Origin: Mobula hypostoma
Lineage: Eukaryota
Direction: 5' to 3'
Assembly (NCBI RefSeq): GCF_963921235.1
Contig: NC_086098.1
Coordinates: 4,960,001-5,024,000 of the forward strand
DNA length: 64,000 bases
The notes beneath the pieces were generated by a model. The model was not told the origin of the DNA. It saw nothing but the letters and a program-made list of their open reading frames with translations, and did no database searches. Within the stretch, counting starts at the first letter, position 1. Each line of letters begins with the position of its first letter. The position numbers and the translations under genes are program-made. This document shows positions 11,978 through 26,300 of this stretch, one piece after another.

Positions 11978-12405
11978 ACTATAAGGCAAAGGAGCAGAAT
12001 TAGGCCATTCAGCCCATCGATCTGCTCAGCCATTTCATCATGGCTGATTTATTATCCCTCTCAACCCCATTCTCCTGCCTTTTCCCCAGAACCTTTGATG
12101 CCCTTAATACTTAAGAACCTATCAACCCCTACTTTAAAAATATCCAATGATTTGGCCTCCAAAGCCACTTGAGTCAATGAATTCCTCACCATCTCTCTTC
12201 TAAAAGAACATCCTTCTATTCTGAGGCTGTACCATCTGGTCCTAGACTCCCCCACAATAGGAAACATCCTTTCCACATCCATTCTATCTAGGTCTTTCAA
12301 TATTCAGTAGATTTCAATGAGATACTTTATCATTCTTCTAAGCTCCAGCGAGTACAGGCTCCGAGCCATCAAACATTCCTCATACATTAATCCTTTCAGC
12401 CCCAG
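11978..12405 (-). mobile_element. CR1 3' fragment
   Basis: ORF 12061..12300 is the CR1 ORF2 C-terminus. Confidence 0.85.
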
Positions 12406-13755
12406 TAATTTGGCCTCCACAGCTGTCCAGAGCAATGAATTCAGCTAGCATTTGCTACCTAACACCTTTGTGTTGATGCAAACTTATTGCTTTCGTGTGG
12501 TGCCACCTCCCACTGGATCCAACCACCAAGGTTAAGGAACCCTAAGGGAACAGTTATCACAATATGATCAAGTTCACATTGAAATTTGAGAGGGAAAAAT
12601 AAAATCCAATGTGTCAGTATTTCAGTGGAATTAAGGAAATTACAATGGCGGAGAAAGGATCTGGCCGTAGTTGACTGGAAAGGGACATTTGCAGGAAAGA
12701 CAGCAGAGTAACAATGGCAGGAGTTTCTGTGAAAAATGAGGGAAGTGTAAGACAGATATATTCCAAATAAGAAGGAATTTTCAAAGGGAAGACGGACACT
12801 ACCGCGGCTACAAGTGAAGTCAGAGCCGAAGTAAAAGCAAAAGAGAGGCCATACAAGGAAGCCAGAGCTAGTGGGAAGATAGAGGTTTGGGGAGCTTTTA
12901 AAAACTTGCAGAAGAAAACAAGAAGGTCATTCAGAAGGAAAAGTTGAATTATGAGAGGAAGCTGGTGACTAATATCAAAGAAGATACTACAAGCTTTTTT
13001 AAATATATAAAGGGTAAAAGAAAGTCAAGGGTAGATATAGGACCAATAGAAAATGACACTGGAGATATTGTAGTGAGAGATGCAGAGATGGCAGTGGAAC
13101 TCAATGCGTATTTTGCATCAGTCTTCACAGTGGAAGACGTCTGCAGTATACCGGACATTGAAGAGTGTCAGGGAAGTGAAGTTTGTGCAGTGAAAATTAT
13201 GACTGAGAAGGTGCTCAGGAAGCTTAATGTTCTGAGGGTGGATAAATCTCCTGGGCCTGATGGAATGCACCCTCGGGTTCTGAAGGAAGTAGCTGGAGAG
13301 ATTGTGGAGGCATTAACAATGATCTTTCAAGAATCGATAGATTCTGGCATTGCACTGGATGACTGGAAAATTGCAAATGTTACTCCATTGTTTAAGAAGG
13401 GTGAGAGGCAGCAGAAAGGAAACTATAGACCTGTTATCCCGACATCAGTAGTTGGGAAGTTGTTGGAATCGATTGTTAGGGATGAGATTATGGACTACCT
13501 GGAGGCACATGACAAGAAAGGTCAAAGCCAGCATGGTTTCCTGAAAGGCAAATCCTGCCCGACAAACCTACTGTAATTCTTTGAGAAAATGACAAACAGG
13601 TTAGACAAAGGGGATGCAGTAGAAGTGGTGTAGTTGGATTTTCAGAAGACCTTTGACAAGGTGCCATGCATGAGACTGCTTAGCAAGATAAGAGCCCATG
13701 GAATTACAGGGAAGTTACTAGCGTGGGTGGAACATTGGGTGTTCAGCAGAAAACA

Positions 13756-16700
13756 CTCCTGCTAGTCAGAGTAGAAATAGGATGATATTTCAGATGAATA
13801 CGTGGCTTGAAAAATGGTGCAAGGGGGAGGGATTCAAATTTCTGGGGCATTGGAACCAGTTCTGGAGGAGGTGGGACTGGTACAAACAGGACGGTCTGCA
13901 GCTGGGCTGGACTGGAACCAATATCCTAGGGGGAGCGTTTGCTACTGTTGTTCAGGAGGATTTAAACTAATGTGGCAGGGGGATGGGAACAAATGCAGAG
14001 AGACAGAGGGGTGTAAGATGAGGGTAGAAGCAAAAAGTAGTAACGTGAAAAGTAAAAGTGGCAGGCAGGCAAATCTAGGGCAAAAATTAAAAAGGACCAC
14101 ATTTGAAAATAACTGTATAAGGGCTAAGAGTGTTGTAAAAACAAGCCTGAAGGCTTTGTGTGTCAATGCAAGGAGCATTCGTAACAAGGTGGATGAATTC
14201 AATGTGCAGATTGTTATTAATGATTATGATATAGTTGGGATCACAGAGACATGGCTGCAGGGTGACCAAGGATGGGAGCTCAACATTCAGGGATATTCAA
14301 TATTCAGCAGGGATAGACACGAAAGAAAAAGAGCTGCGGTGGTATTGCTGGTTAGAGAGGAGATTAACGCAATAGAAAGGAAGGACATAAGCCGGGAAGA
14401 TGTGGAATCGTTATGGGTAGAGCTGCATAACACTAAGGGGCAGAAAATGCTGGTGGGAGTTGTGCACAGGCCACCTAACAGTAATAGTGAGGTTGGGAAT
14501 GCCATTAGACAGGAAATTAGAAATGTGTGCAATAAAGGAGCAGCAGTTATAATGGGTGACTTCAATCTACATATAGATTGGGTGAACCAAATTGGTAAGG
14601 GTGCTGAGGAAGAGGATTTCTTGGAATGTATGCGGGATGGTTTTTTGAACCAACATGTCGAGGAACCAACTAGAGAGCAGGCTATTCTGGACTGGGTTTT
14701 GAGCAATGAGGAAGGGTTAATTAACAATCTTGTCATGAGAGGCCCCTTGGGTAAGAGTGACCATAATATGGTGGAATTCTTCATTAAGATGGAGAGTGAC
14801 ATAGTTAATTCAGAAACAAAGGTTCTGAACTTAAAAAAGGGTAACTTTGAAGGTATGAGACGTGAATTAGCTAAGATAGACTGGCAAATGATACTTAAAG
14901 GGTTGACGGTGGATATGCAATGGCAAGCATTTAAAGATCACATGGATGAACTACAACAATTGTTCATCCCAGTTTGGCAAAAGAATAAACCAGGGAAGGT
15001 AGTGCACCCGTGGCTGACAAGGGAAATTAGGGATAGTATCAATTCCAAAGAAGAAACATACAAATTAGCCAGAGAAAGTGGTTCACCTGAGGACTGGGAG
15101 AAATTCAGAGTCCAGCAGAGGAGGACAAAGGGCTTAATTAGGAAGGGGAAAAAAGATTATAAGAGAAAGCTGGCAAGGAACATAAAAACTGACTGTAAAA
15201 GCTTTTATAGATGTGTGAAAAGAAAAAGATTGGTTAAGACAAATGTAGGTCCCTTACAGTCAGAAACAGGTGAATTGATTATGGGGAGCAAGGACATGGC
15301 AGACCAATTGAATAATTACTTTGGTTCTGTCTTCACTAAGGAGGACATAAATAATCTTCCGGAAATAGTAGGGGACCGAGGGTCTGGAGAGATGGAGGAA
15401 CTGAGGGAAATACATGTTAGTAGGGAAGTGGTATTAGGTAAATTGAAGGGATTAAAGACAGATAAATTCCCAGGGCCAGATGGTCTGCATCCCAGAGTGC
15501 TTAAGGAAGTAGCCCAAGAAATAGTGGATGCATTAGTGATAATTTTTCAAAAGTCCCTTTAGATTTTAGATTAGTTCCTGAGGATTGGAGGGTGGCTAAT
15601 GTAACCCCACTTTTTAAAAAAGGAGGGAGAGAGAAACCAGGGAATTATAAACCAGTTAGGCTGACATTGGTGGTGGGGAAAATGCTAGAGTCAGTTATCA
15701 AAGATGTGATAGCAGAACATTTGGAAAGCGGTGAAATCACTGGACAAAGTCAGCATGGATTTGTGAAAGGAAGATCATGTCTGACGAATCTCATAGAATT
15801 TTTTGAGGATGTAACTAGTAGAGTGGATAGGGGAGAACCAGTGGATGTGGTATATTTGGATTTTCAAAAGGCTTTTGACAAGGTCCCACACAGGAGATTA
15901 GTGTGCAAATTTAAAGCACATGGTATTGGGGGTATGGTATTGATGTGGATAGAGAATTGGTTGGCAGACAGGAAGCAAAGAGTGGGAATAAACGGGACCT
16001 TTTCAGAATGGCAGGCGGTGACTAGTGGGGTACCGCAAGGCTCAGTGCTGGAACCCCAGTTGTTTACAATATATATTAATGACTTGGATGAGGGAATTAA
16101 ATGCAGCATCTCCAAGTTTGCAGATGTCACGAAGCTGGGTGGCAGTGTTAGCTGTGAGGAGGATGCTAAGAGAATGCAGGGTGACTTGGATAGGTTAGGT
16201 GAGTGGGCAAATTCATGGCAGATGCAATTTAATGTGGATAAATGTGAGGTTATCCACTTTGGTGGCAAGAACAGGAAAACAGATTATTATCTGAATAGTA
16301 GCTGATTAGGAAAAGGGGAGGTGCAATGAGACCTGGGTGTCATTATACACCAGTCATTGAAAGTGGGCATGCAGGTACAGCAGGTGGTGAAAAAGGTATT
16401 CATAGCAAGATGATACGAGTACAGGAACAGGGAGGTTCTACTGCAGTTCTACAAAGCCTTGGTGAGACCACACCTGGAGTATTGTGTGCAGTTTTGGTCA
16501 CCTAATCTGAGGAAAGACATTCTTGCCATAGAGGGAATACAAAGAAGGTTCGCCAGATTGATTCCTGGGATGGCAGGACTTTCATATGGATCGACTAGGC
16601 TTATACTCACTGGAATTTAGAAGATTGTGGGGAGATCTTATTGAAACGTATAAAATTCTGAAGGGATTGGACAGGCTAGATGCAGGAAGATTGTTCCCGA

Positions 16701-17025
16701 TGTTGGGGAAGTCCAGAACGAGGGGTCACAGTTTAAGGATAAAGGGGAAGCCTTTTAGGACTGAGATGAGGAAAAACCTCTTCACACAGAGAGTGGTGAA
16801 TCTGTGGAATTCTCTGCCACAGGAAACAGTTGAGGCCAGTTCACTGGCTATATTTAGGAGGGAGTTAGATATGGCCCTTGTGGCTAAATGGATCAGGGGT
16901 ATGGAGAGAAGGCAGGTACAGGGTTCTGAGTCAGATGATCAGCCATGATCATACTGAATGGCAGTGCAGGCTTGAAGGGCCGAATGGCCTACTCCTGCAC
17001 CTACTTTCTATGTTTCTATGTTTCT
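13756..17025 (+). mobile_element. CR1 family D LINE: ORF1 C-terminus plus complete but disrupted ORF2 (APE endonuclease and RT)
   Basis: 13782..13970 is an esterase C-terminus (WLEKWC...DGLQL). 13814..15562 has NARSI, GITETW, MGDFN, ILDWV and SDH endonuclease motifs. 15592..16305 is RT. Tail (tttctatg)n. Confidence 0.93.
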
Positions 17026-17300
17026 AACAGAGAGTGGGAATAAAGAGATCCTATTCTGGCTGGCTGCCGGTTACCAGTGGAGTTCCACTGGGGTCGGTGT
17101 TGGGACCGCTGCTTTTTATGATGTAGGCCAATGAGTTGGACTATGGGATTAATGGATTTGTGTTTAAATTTGCCAATGATACAAAGGTAGGTGGCGGAGC
17201 ACGTTGAGGAAACAGAGAACCTGCAGAGAGACTTAAATAGTTTTGGAGAATGGGCAAAGAAATGGCAAATGAAATACAATGTTGGAAAGCGTATGGTCAC

Positions 17301-18653
17301 TGTTATGTACCCCTAGGGGTCATATTTTTTTATGGACTATACCTTTTAAAAAGAGAGCGAGAGTTGTAAAACACAGACACCTTGTCATTAACAGAGAGAG
17401 AGAGGCGAGGACTGCTTGGAGATGGTGTTATGGTTTCTCTGCAGCATGTTTACACTTCTGCAAGGACACTGCCAGCTTCTGTGTTCCTACGGAGAGAGAA
17501 GGGAGGAGCTACTTGATGGACAGCTGGTGCTCAGCACGGTGAGATAAATATACTGTCAGATGATAGACTCACAGGCACATGGTTTTGAGCACTGGATGAG
17601 CTTTGTTGTGGCCACAGAAGGGTGGGTTTTTTGGAGGATTGAACAGGGGAATCGATCAGTGGCTCTCTCAGTGTGGAAAAGGTGTGACCGGTGGGGAGTT
17701 ATTCGTGTGTCTGACCCTTGCCTGGGTTGATAATTCCACCACAGAAGAATGGTCCCCTTTGTTGTGGTCAAGGGGAGAGGAAGGTTTGAAACAGAAGAAA
17801 CCTAGTGACAAAGAGGTCACTGTTTGGACTCTCTCTCTAAGTAGCCCGTAAGAGTGAGTTTGAGTTCCATTTAAATACCAAGGTGTGACTGTCACGTAGT
17901 TAATCCACAAGAGTGGGTTCTCTGGTGAGGAGAGTACCTTTGTGAATATCACTTGTGTGTTACCCTTGTTTGGGTGTGGTAGTTCACTGAAGAAAGGCAC
18001 CCCTGTGGCAAATCACTGTTTGAGTTATTTCGTATGTCGTGGAACTAGATAAGTGGCTATCACGTTGTGTGCTTGGAGTTGGTTACCTTGAAGAGGGTCC
18101 CCTTAGTGATAAGCTACTGTTGGTGATAATCCATATGTGGATTCTGTTGGAGTATCCTGTGGCCACCACTTTGGAATGACCCGTAGCTAAATTCGGGTGT
18201 GGTACCACTTGTGTTGAAAGGATATTCATTGAAGATCACTGTCAGTGATATTTTGTGTGTGGAGAGGAACAACTTCGGAGATAAAATCTGCTACTTTTGT
18301 TATCTTGTATTGCTGTCGTGGAATCTGTGGAATATTGACGTAGTTGCCTTCTCTCAACATTTACCCTGGATTACAAATATCTCTCACTCTCCATCACTAC
18401 TCAACTCAAAACCACGAACTGAACTGAACTTTACTCATCACCATAAGACTGTAACCCCTAAGCTTGAAGAAGCTTGGTTTCTATATTTCCACACTTGTAT
18501 ACATATAATCTTTGCTAACTTGTTTGATTTATCCAGTTATATATGACTGTGTAATGTAGTTACTAATAAAAATAGCCCATGTTAACACCAATACCAGACT
18601 CTAGCTGTTTTCTATTTCTGCTGGTTCTTTAACCCTTCATGGGGTACGTGACA
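17301..18653 (+). mobile_element. Solo LTR (probably Ty3/Gypsy-type)
   Basis: TG...CA termini with inverted ends TGTTATGTACCCC / GGGGTACGTGACA. 4-bp TSD tcac/tcat in the host CR1. AATAAA at 18565-18570. No coding motifs. Confidence 0.82.
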
Positions 18654-19454
18654 TCATGCACTTTGGTGGAAGAAATAAACGGGCAGACTATTATTTAGAT
18701 GGGGAGAGAAATCAAAATGCAGAGATGCAAAAGGACTTGGGAGCCCTTGTGCAAGATGCCCTAAAGGTTAATATCCAGGTGAGTCGGTTGTGAAGGAGAA
18801 TGCAAAGTTGGTATTCAATTCTAGAGGTATAGAATATAAGAGCAGGGATGTGATGTTGAGACCCTATAAGGCACTTGTGAGACCACACATGAGTATTGTG
18901 TGCAGTTTTGGGCTCCTTATTTTAAAAAGGATATACAGACATTGAAGAAGATTCAAAGAAGATTCACGAGAATGATTCGAGGAAGGAAAGGGTTACCGCG
19001 TGAGCAATGTCTGGCAGCTCTTGGGCTGGATTCCCTGGAGTTCAGGAGAATGAGGAGGAATCTTGTAGAAACATTCTGAATGTTAAAAGGCTTGAACAGA
19101 TTAGATATGGAAAAGTTATTTCCCATGGTAGGGGATTCTAGGACAAGAGAGTATGAATTCAGGATTGAAGGACGTCCTTTTAGAGCTGAGATGCGGAGAA
19201 ATTACCTTAGCCAGAAGGTGGTAAATCTGTGGAATTTGTTGCCATGAGCAGCTGTGGAGGCCAAGTCATGGGGTGTATTTAAGGTAGAGATAGATAGGTT
19301 CTTGATTAGCCAGGGCATCAAAGGGTATAGGGTGAAAGCAGGGGAGTGGGGATGACTGGAAGAATTGGATCAGCCATGATTGAATGGCAGAGCAGACTCG
19401 ATGGGTGGAATGGCCTACTTCAGCTCCTATGTCTTATGATCTTATGGTATTATT

Positions 19455-19825
19455 ATGTGGAGATCTCATTGAAACCTACCGAATGCTGAAAGGACTAGAT
19501 AGGGTGGATATGGAGGGGATGTTCCTGTGGTGGGGTTATTCAGAACTAGAGGACACAGCCTCCAAATTGAGGGGTGATCCTTCAGAACAGAGGTAAGGTG
19601 GAATTTTTTTAGCGGGAGATTAGTAAATTTGTAAAATGTTCTGCCACAGACTGTGGTGGAGGCCATGTCCGTGTGTATATTTAAGACGGAAGTTGATCGA
19701 TTCCTGATCGGTCAGGACATCAAGGTAAGAAGAGAGGTGTATGCGGTTGAGTGGGATCTAGGATCAGCCATGATGGATGGCGGAGCAGACCCAATGGGCT
19801 GAATGGCCTAATTCTGTTCCTGTAA
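19455..19825 (+). mobile_element. CR1 3' fragment
   Basis: GDLIETYRMLKGLDRVD followed by a CR1 3' UTR. Confidence 0.8.
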
Positions 19826-19949
19826 TTCCTATAGGGGGCCTATAATTTCCCCTCTTTTTTTCCCTCCAAGCTTAAAGAGTGGAGTGACATTTGCAATTTT
19901 CCAGTCTTCCAGGAACATTCCAGAAATAAGTAATTCTTGAAAGATCATG

Positions 19950-21590
19950 CTTCGCTACCAGATGAACTCAACTCCTACTATGTCCAGCTTGAAGGGATGA
20001 TATAACTGCAGCTGTGATGATCCCTGCTATATCTGGTGACCCTGTGATCTCTGTCTCGGAGGCCGATGTCTTTAAAGTGTGTCAGCCCTCGCAAGGCGGA
20101 AGTCCCCGACGGAGTGACTGGTCAGGCTCTGAAAACTTATTCCAAACAGCTGGCGGGGGTATTCAAGGACATCTTCAACCTCTCACTGCTTCAGGCGGAA
20201 GTTCCCACTTACTTCAAGAAGGCAACAATTATACCAGTGCCTAAGAACAATAATGTGAGCTGCATTAATGACTATCACCCAGTAGCACACATCTACAGTG
20301 ATGAAATGCTTTGAGAGGTTGGTCATGACTAGACTGAACTCTTGCCTCAGCAAGGACCTGGACCCACTGCAATTTGCCTATTGCCACAATAGGCCAATGG
20401 CAGACACAATCTCAATGACTCTTCATACAGCCTTAGACCACCTGGACAATTCAAACACCTATGTTCCACTATAGCTCAGCATTTAACACCATCATTACCA
20501 CAATCCTGATTGATAAGTTACAGAAGCTGGGCCTCTGTACCTCCTTCTGCAACTGGATTCTTGATTTCCTAACCGGAAGACCACAATCCGTGCAGACTGG
20601 TGATGACATCTCCTCCTTGCTGATAATCAACACTGGTGTTCCTCAGGGCTGGGTGCTTAGCCACTGCTCTATTCTCTCTATACACAAGACTGTGTGGCCA
20701 GGCATAGCTCAGATACCATCTATAAATTTGCTGATGATACAACCATTGTTGGTAGAATCTCAGGTGGAGACGAGGGGATGAACAGAAGTGAGATATGCCA
20801 ACTAGTGGAGTGGTGTCACAGCAACAACCTTGCACTCAATGTCAGTATCACCAAAGAGCTGATTGAGGACTTCAGGAAGGGTAAGATGAAGGAACACATA
20901 CCAATCCTCATCGAGGGATGAGAAGTGGAGAGAGTGAGGAGATTCAAGTTCATGGGTGTCAAGATTTCTGAGGATCGAACTTGGTCCCAACATATTGATG
21001 CAGCTATAAAGACTATACTCTATTAGGAGTTTGAAGAGATTTGGCATGTCAACAAATACACTTAAAAACTTCTATAGTTGTACCGTGGAGAACATTCTGA
21101 CAGACTGCATCACTGTCTGGTATGGAGGGGCTACTGCACAGGACTGAAAGAAACTGCAGAGGGCTGTAAATCTAGTCAGCTCCATCATGGGTACTAGCCT
21201 ACAAAGTACCCAGGACATCTTTAGGGAGCGGTGTCTCAGAAAGGCGGCGTCCATTATTAAGAACCTCCAGCACCCAGGGCATGTCCTTTTCTCACTGTTA
21301 CCATCAGGTAGGAGGTACAGGAGCCTGAAGGCACACACTCAGCGATTCAGGAACAGCTTCCTCCCCTCTGCCATCTGATTCATAAATGGACATTGAACAC
21401 GTGAACACTACCTCACTTTTTTAATACATATTACTTTTGTTTTTGCACAATTTTTAATTTATTTAATATACATATACTGTAATTTATTTATCTATTTACT
21501 TTTCTTCTATATTGTGTATTGCATCGAACTGCTGCTAAGTTAACAAATTTCACGACACATGTTGGTGATAATAAACCTGATTCTGATTTA
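19950..21590 (+). mobile_element. Rex1/Babar-type LINE, 5'-truncated and frameshifted RT
   Basis: Peptides [37 protein letters not shown] and LLPSGRRYRS. Tail aataaacctgattctgatt. Confidence 0.88.
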
Positions 21591-22500
21591 ATGCATCCAT
21601 TTTCTTCAGCAACCTCTTTCCAGGACTCTGGGATGTAGTCCATCTGATCCAGGTAAATTGTCCACCTTTGGCTTTGCCTTGCACTTTTTCCTTTGCAATA
21701 GCAATGGCACTCACTCCTGTTCCCTGACACTCATGGACCCCTGGCATACTGCTAGTGTTTTCCACAGTAAAGACTGAAGCAAAGTACTATTTAGGTTCAT
21801 CTGGCATTTCTTTGTCCCTCATTACTACCTCACCAAGATCATTTTCCAGTGATCCAATATCAACTCTCACCTCTCTTTTACTCTTCATATAACTGAAAAA
21901 ACTTCTGGTATCCTGCATTATATTATCAGCTAGTTTGCCTTCATATTTCATCTTTTCCCTTCTTATTGCTTTTTTCTTTGCCTTTTGTTGGATTTTAAAA
22001 GTTTCCCAATTATTCAACTTCTCACTCTCTTTTGCTTCCTAATATGCCCTTTCCCGAGCTTTTATGCAGTCCTTAATTTCCCTTGTCAGCCACGGTTTCC
22101 TGGCCCTTCCATTTGAGAACTTTTTCCTCTGTGGGACATTTCTATCTTGCGCCTTGTGAACTATTCCCAGAAACTTCAGCCATCTCTGCTCTGCCGTCAT
22201 CCCCGCCAGTATCTTCCTCCAATCCACCTGGGAAAGCTCCTCTCTCATGCCTCTCTCACACCCAACCTAAGATAGCCTTTCCCTGAGTGGGCTCTTTCTA
22301 AAGATGTAATTCCATCTCTTATCAATAGAGCCACAGCACCGCCTATGCTTTCCTGCCTGTCCTTTCGATAGATAGTATATCCTTTGATGTTGAACTCCCA
22401 ACTGTAGTCTTCTTTCAGCCACGAATCAGTGATACCCACAATCATACCAACCAATCTCTAATTGCACCACAAGTTTGTCCACCTAATTCTGAATGGTACC
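21591..22500 (-). mobile_element. Degenerate CR1 ORF2 fragment (endonuclease/linker), continuing at 19860-19949 beyond the Rex1 insertion
   Basis: Minus-strand peptides IVGITDSW, KPWLTREI, YEGKLADNI. Confidence 0.8.
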
Positions 22501-22509
22501 TGCATTTGT

Positions 22510-23130
22510 AGGCTGGTATGGAAACACCAATCAGCATCACAGCCTGACATGGAAACACCAATACCCTTGAATGGAAAATCCTACAAAACATAGTGGATCC
22601 AGTCCTGTCCCTCACGGGTAAAGCCCCCACCACCATTGAGCACATCTACGAGGAGTGTAGTTTCAGGAAAGCAGCATTCATCATCCGGAACCCCCATCAC
22701 CCAGGCCATGCTCTCTTCTCACTGCTACCAACCGGAAGAAGGTACAGGACATTTAGGACTCACACCAGCAGGTTCAGGAACAACTATTACCCCTCAACCA
22801 GTGGCCTCTTGAATCAGAAGGGATAACTTCATTCAACTTCACTTGCCCCATCTTTAAATGTTCCCACAACCTATGGACTGACTTTCAAGGTCGCTTCATC
22901 TCAAATATATTTATTTATTAATTTGTTTATTTGTTATTTCTTATTTTTTATTTGGTATTTGCACAGTTTGTTGCCTTTTGTACGCCAGTTGTCAGCCCCG
23001 TTGGATGCAGTCTGTTATTGACTCCATTATGGTGACTGGATGTATTAACTATGCTCTCAAGAAAACAAATTTCAGGGTTATATATGGTGATCTATATGTA
23101 CTTTAATAATTAATGTACTTTGAACTTTGT
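22510..23130 (+). mobile_element. Rex1/Babar-type LINE 3' fragment
   Basis: HHPGHALFSLLPTGRRYR peptide. Tail actttgaactttg. Confidence 0.8.
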
Positions 23131-23354
23131 AATAACTATGCATTACAACAGTCATCTACAGAAGAACATCACTGAACCCACAACATATCAAACCTTGATG
23201 TAGCCAATTTATGTGGGTTCAGTCCATTTATTGTGTTTCTTAGTATTTACTGTGAATACCTGCAAAAAGATAAATCTCCGTGGTGTGTATGTGACCTATA
23301 CATACTTTTATAATAAATTTAGTTTATTTTACCGTGTCTTGTCCTTCTTTTGTC

Positions 23355-26300
23355 CTTCTGAATAATAAGTTTACCATCCTGGATACTGTTGGCGGGGACG
23401 ACCGACCAGGTGTGAGCCACGGTGGCAGGGCCTCCGGCACTGAGTCTGACCCTGTGGTGCAGAAGGGTGGGACGGAGAAGAGGAGAGCTGTCGTCATTGG
23501 AGACTCTATAGTGAGGGGAGCAGACAGGAGATTTTGTGGACGTGAGAAGGACACCCACATGGTTTGTTGCCTCCCAGGTGCCAGGGTCCGGGATGTCTCT
23601 GACCGGGTGCACGACATCCTGGTACGAGAGGGAAAGCAACCAGAAGTCGTGATACATGTTGGGACCAACGACATAGGCAGGAAGAGGGATGAGGTCCTGA
23701 AATGTGAGTTTCAGGAACTAGGCAGAAGGCTGAAGAACAGGATCTCAAGGGTGGCATTTTCAGGATTGCTGCCAGTGCTACGTGACAGTGATGGTAAGAA
23801 TTGGAGGAGATGGCAGTTGAATGCATGGCTGAGCAGTTGGTGCAGAGGGTAGGGTTTTAGATTTTTGGATCACTGGGATCTCTTCTGGGGAAGGTGGGAC
23901 CTGTACAGATTGGATGGGTTGCACCTGAACTCGAGGGGGACCAATATCCTTGCAGGCAGGTTTGCGAGCATGGTTCGGGAGGGTTTAAACTAATTTGCGA
24001 GGGGGATGGGACCCAGAGCGATAGAGCAGTGAACGAAGTGCATGGAGTAAAGCCAGATCTAACATATAGAGAGGCTTTGAGGAAAGAGAAGCAGAATGAA
24101 TGGCGTAAAGACAGTAAGGTAGAAGGGCTGAAATGTGTGTACCTCAATGCAAGAAGCATCAGGAACAAAGGTGATGAACTGAGAGCTTGGATACATACAT
24201 GGAATTATGATGTAGTGGCCATTACAGAGACTTGGCTGGCACCAGGGCAGGAATGGATTCTCAATATTCCTGGATTTCAGTGCTTTAAAAGGGGTAGAGA
24301 GGGCAGAAAAAGGGGAGGATGGTTGACATTACTGGTCAGGGATACTATTATAGCTACAGAAAGGGAGGGTAACATAGCAGGATCCTCTTTTGAGTCAGTA
24401 TGGATGGAAGTCAGGAACAGGAAGGGAGCAGTTACTCTATTGGGGGTATTCTATAGGCCCCCTGGTAGCAGCAGAGATACAGAGGAGCAGATTGGGAGGC
24501 AGATTTTGGAAAGGTGCAAAAATAACAGGGTTGTTATCATGGGTGACTTTAACTTCCTTAATATTGATTGGCACCTGATTAGTTCCAAGGGTTTAGATGG
24601 GGCAAGTGTTTGTTAAGTGTGTCCAGGACGGATTCCTGTCACAGTATGTGGACAGGCCGACTGGGGGAATGCCATACTAGATCTAGTACTAGGTAATGAA
24701 CCGGGTCAGGTCACAGATCTCTCAGTGGGTGAGCATCTGGGGGACAATGATCACTGCTCCCTGGCCTTTAGCATTATCATGGAAAAAGATAGAATCAGAG
24801 AGGACAGGAAAATTTTTAATTGGGGAAGGGCAAATTATGAGGCTATAAGGCTAGAACTTGCGGGTGTGAATTGGGATGCTGTTTTTGCAGGGAAATGGAC
24901 TGTGGACAAGTGGTCGATGTTTAGAGATCTCTTGCAGGATGTTAGGGGTAAATTTGTCCCGGTGAGGAAGATAAAGAATGGTAGGGTGAAGGAACCATGG
25001 GTGACAAGTGAGATGGAAAATCTAGTCAGGTGGAAGAAGGCAGCATACATGAGGTTTAGGAAGCAAGGATCAGATGGGTCTATTGAGGAATATAGGGAAA
25101 CAAGAAAGGAGCTTAAGAAGGGGCTGAGAAGAGCAAGAAGGGGGCATGAGAAGGCCTTGGCAAGTAGGGTAAAGGAAAACCCCAAGGCATTTTTCAATTA
25201 TGTGAAGAAAAAAAGGATGACAGGAGTGAAGGTAGGACCGATTAGAGATAAAGGTGGGAAGATGTGCCTGGAGGCTGTGGAAGTGAGCGAGGTCCTCAAT
25301 GAATACTTCTCTTCAGTATTCACCAATGAGAGGGAACTTGATGACGATGAGGACAATATGAGTGAAGTTGATGTTCTGGCGCATGTTGATATTAAGGGAG
25401 AGAAGGTGTTGGAGTTGTTAAAATACATTAGGACAGATAGGTCCCCGGGGTCTGACCGAATATTCCCCAGGCTGCTCCACGAGGCGAGGGAAGAGATTGC
25501 AGAGCCTCTGGCTACGATCTTTATGTCCTCGTTGTCCATGGGAATGGTACCAGAGGATTGGAGGGAGGCAAATGCTGTCCCCTTGTTCAAAAAAGGTAGT
25601 TGGGATAGTCCAGGTAATTATAGATCAGTGAATCTTATGTCTGTGGTGGGAAAGCTGTTGGAAAAGATTCTTAGAGATAGGATCTCTGGGCATTTAGAGA
25701 ATCATGGTCTGATCAGGGACAGTCAGCATGGCTTTGTAAAGGGTAGATCGTGTCTAACAAGCCGAATAGAGTTCTTTGAGGAGGTGACCAGGCATATAGT
25801 GCAGTGGATGTGATCTATATGGATTTTAGTAAGGTTCCACATGGTAGACTTATTCAGAAAGTCAGAAGGCATGGGATCCAGGGAAGTTTGGCCAGGTGGA
25901 TTCAGAATTGGCTTGCCTGCAGAAGGCAGAGGGTCGTAGTGGAGGAAGTACATTCAGATTGGAGGATTGTGACTAGTGGTGTCCCACAAGGATCTGTTCT
26001 GGAACCTCTACTTTTCGTGATTTTTATTAACGACCTGGATGTTGGGGTAGAAGGGTGGGTTGGCAAGTTTGCAGACGACACAAAGGTTGGTGGTGTTGTA
26101 GATAGTGTAGAGGATTGTCAAAGATTGCAGAGAGACATTGATAGGATGCAGAAGTGGGCTGAGAAGTGGCAGATGGAGTTCAACCCAGAGAAGTGTGAGA
26201 TGGTACACTTTGGAAGGACAAACTCCAAGGCAGAGTACAAAGTAAATGGCAGGATACTTGGTAGTGTGGAGGAGCAGAGGGATCTGGGAGTACATGTCCA

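Larger units (their letters stand above)
12530..19447 (+). mobile_element. CR1 family B-like LINE (ORF2 remnant) split into three pieces: 12530-13755, 17026-17300 and 18654-19447
   Basis: ORF 12944..13576 (KSPGPDG, NYRPV, QHGF). RT continues after each insertion (cagaaaaca..gagagtggg; gtatggtca..tgcactttgg). Tail tcttatgatcttatgg. Confidence 0.88.
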
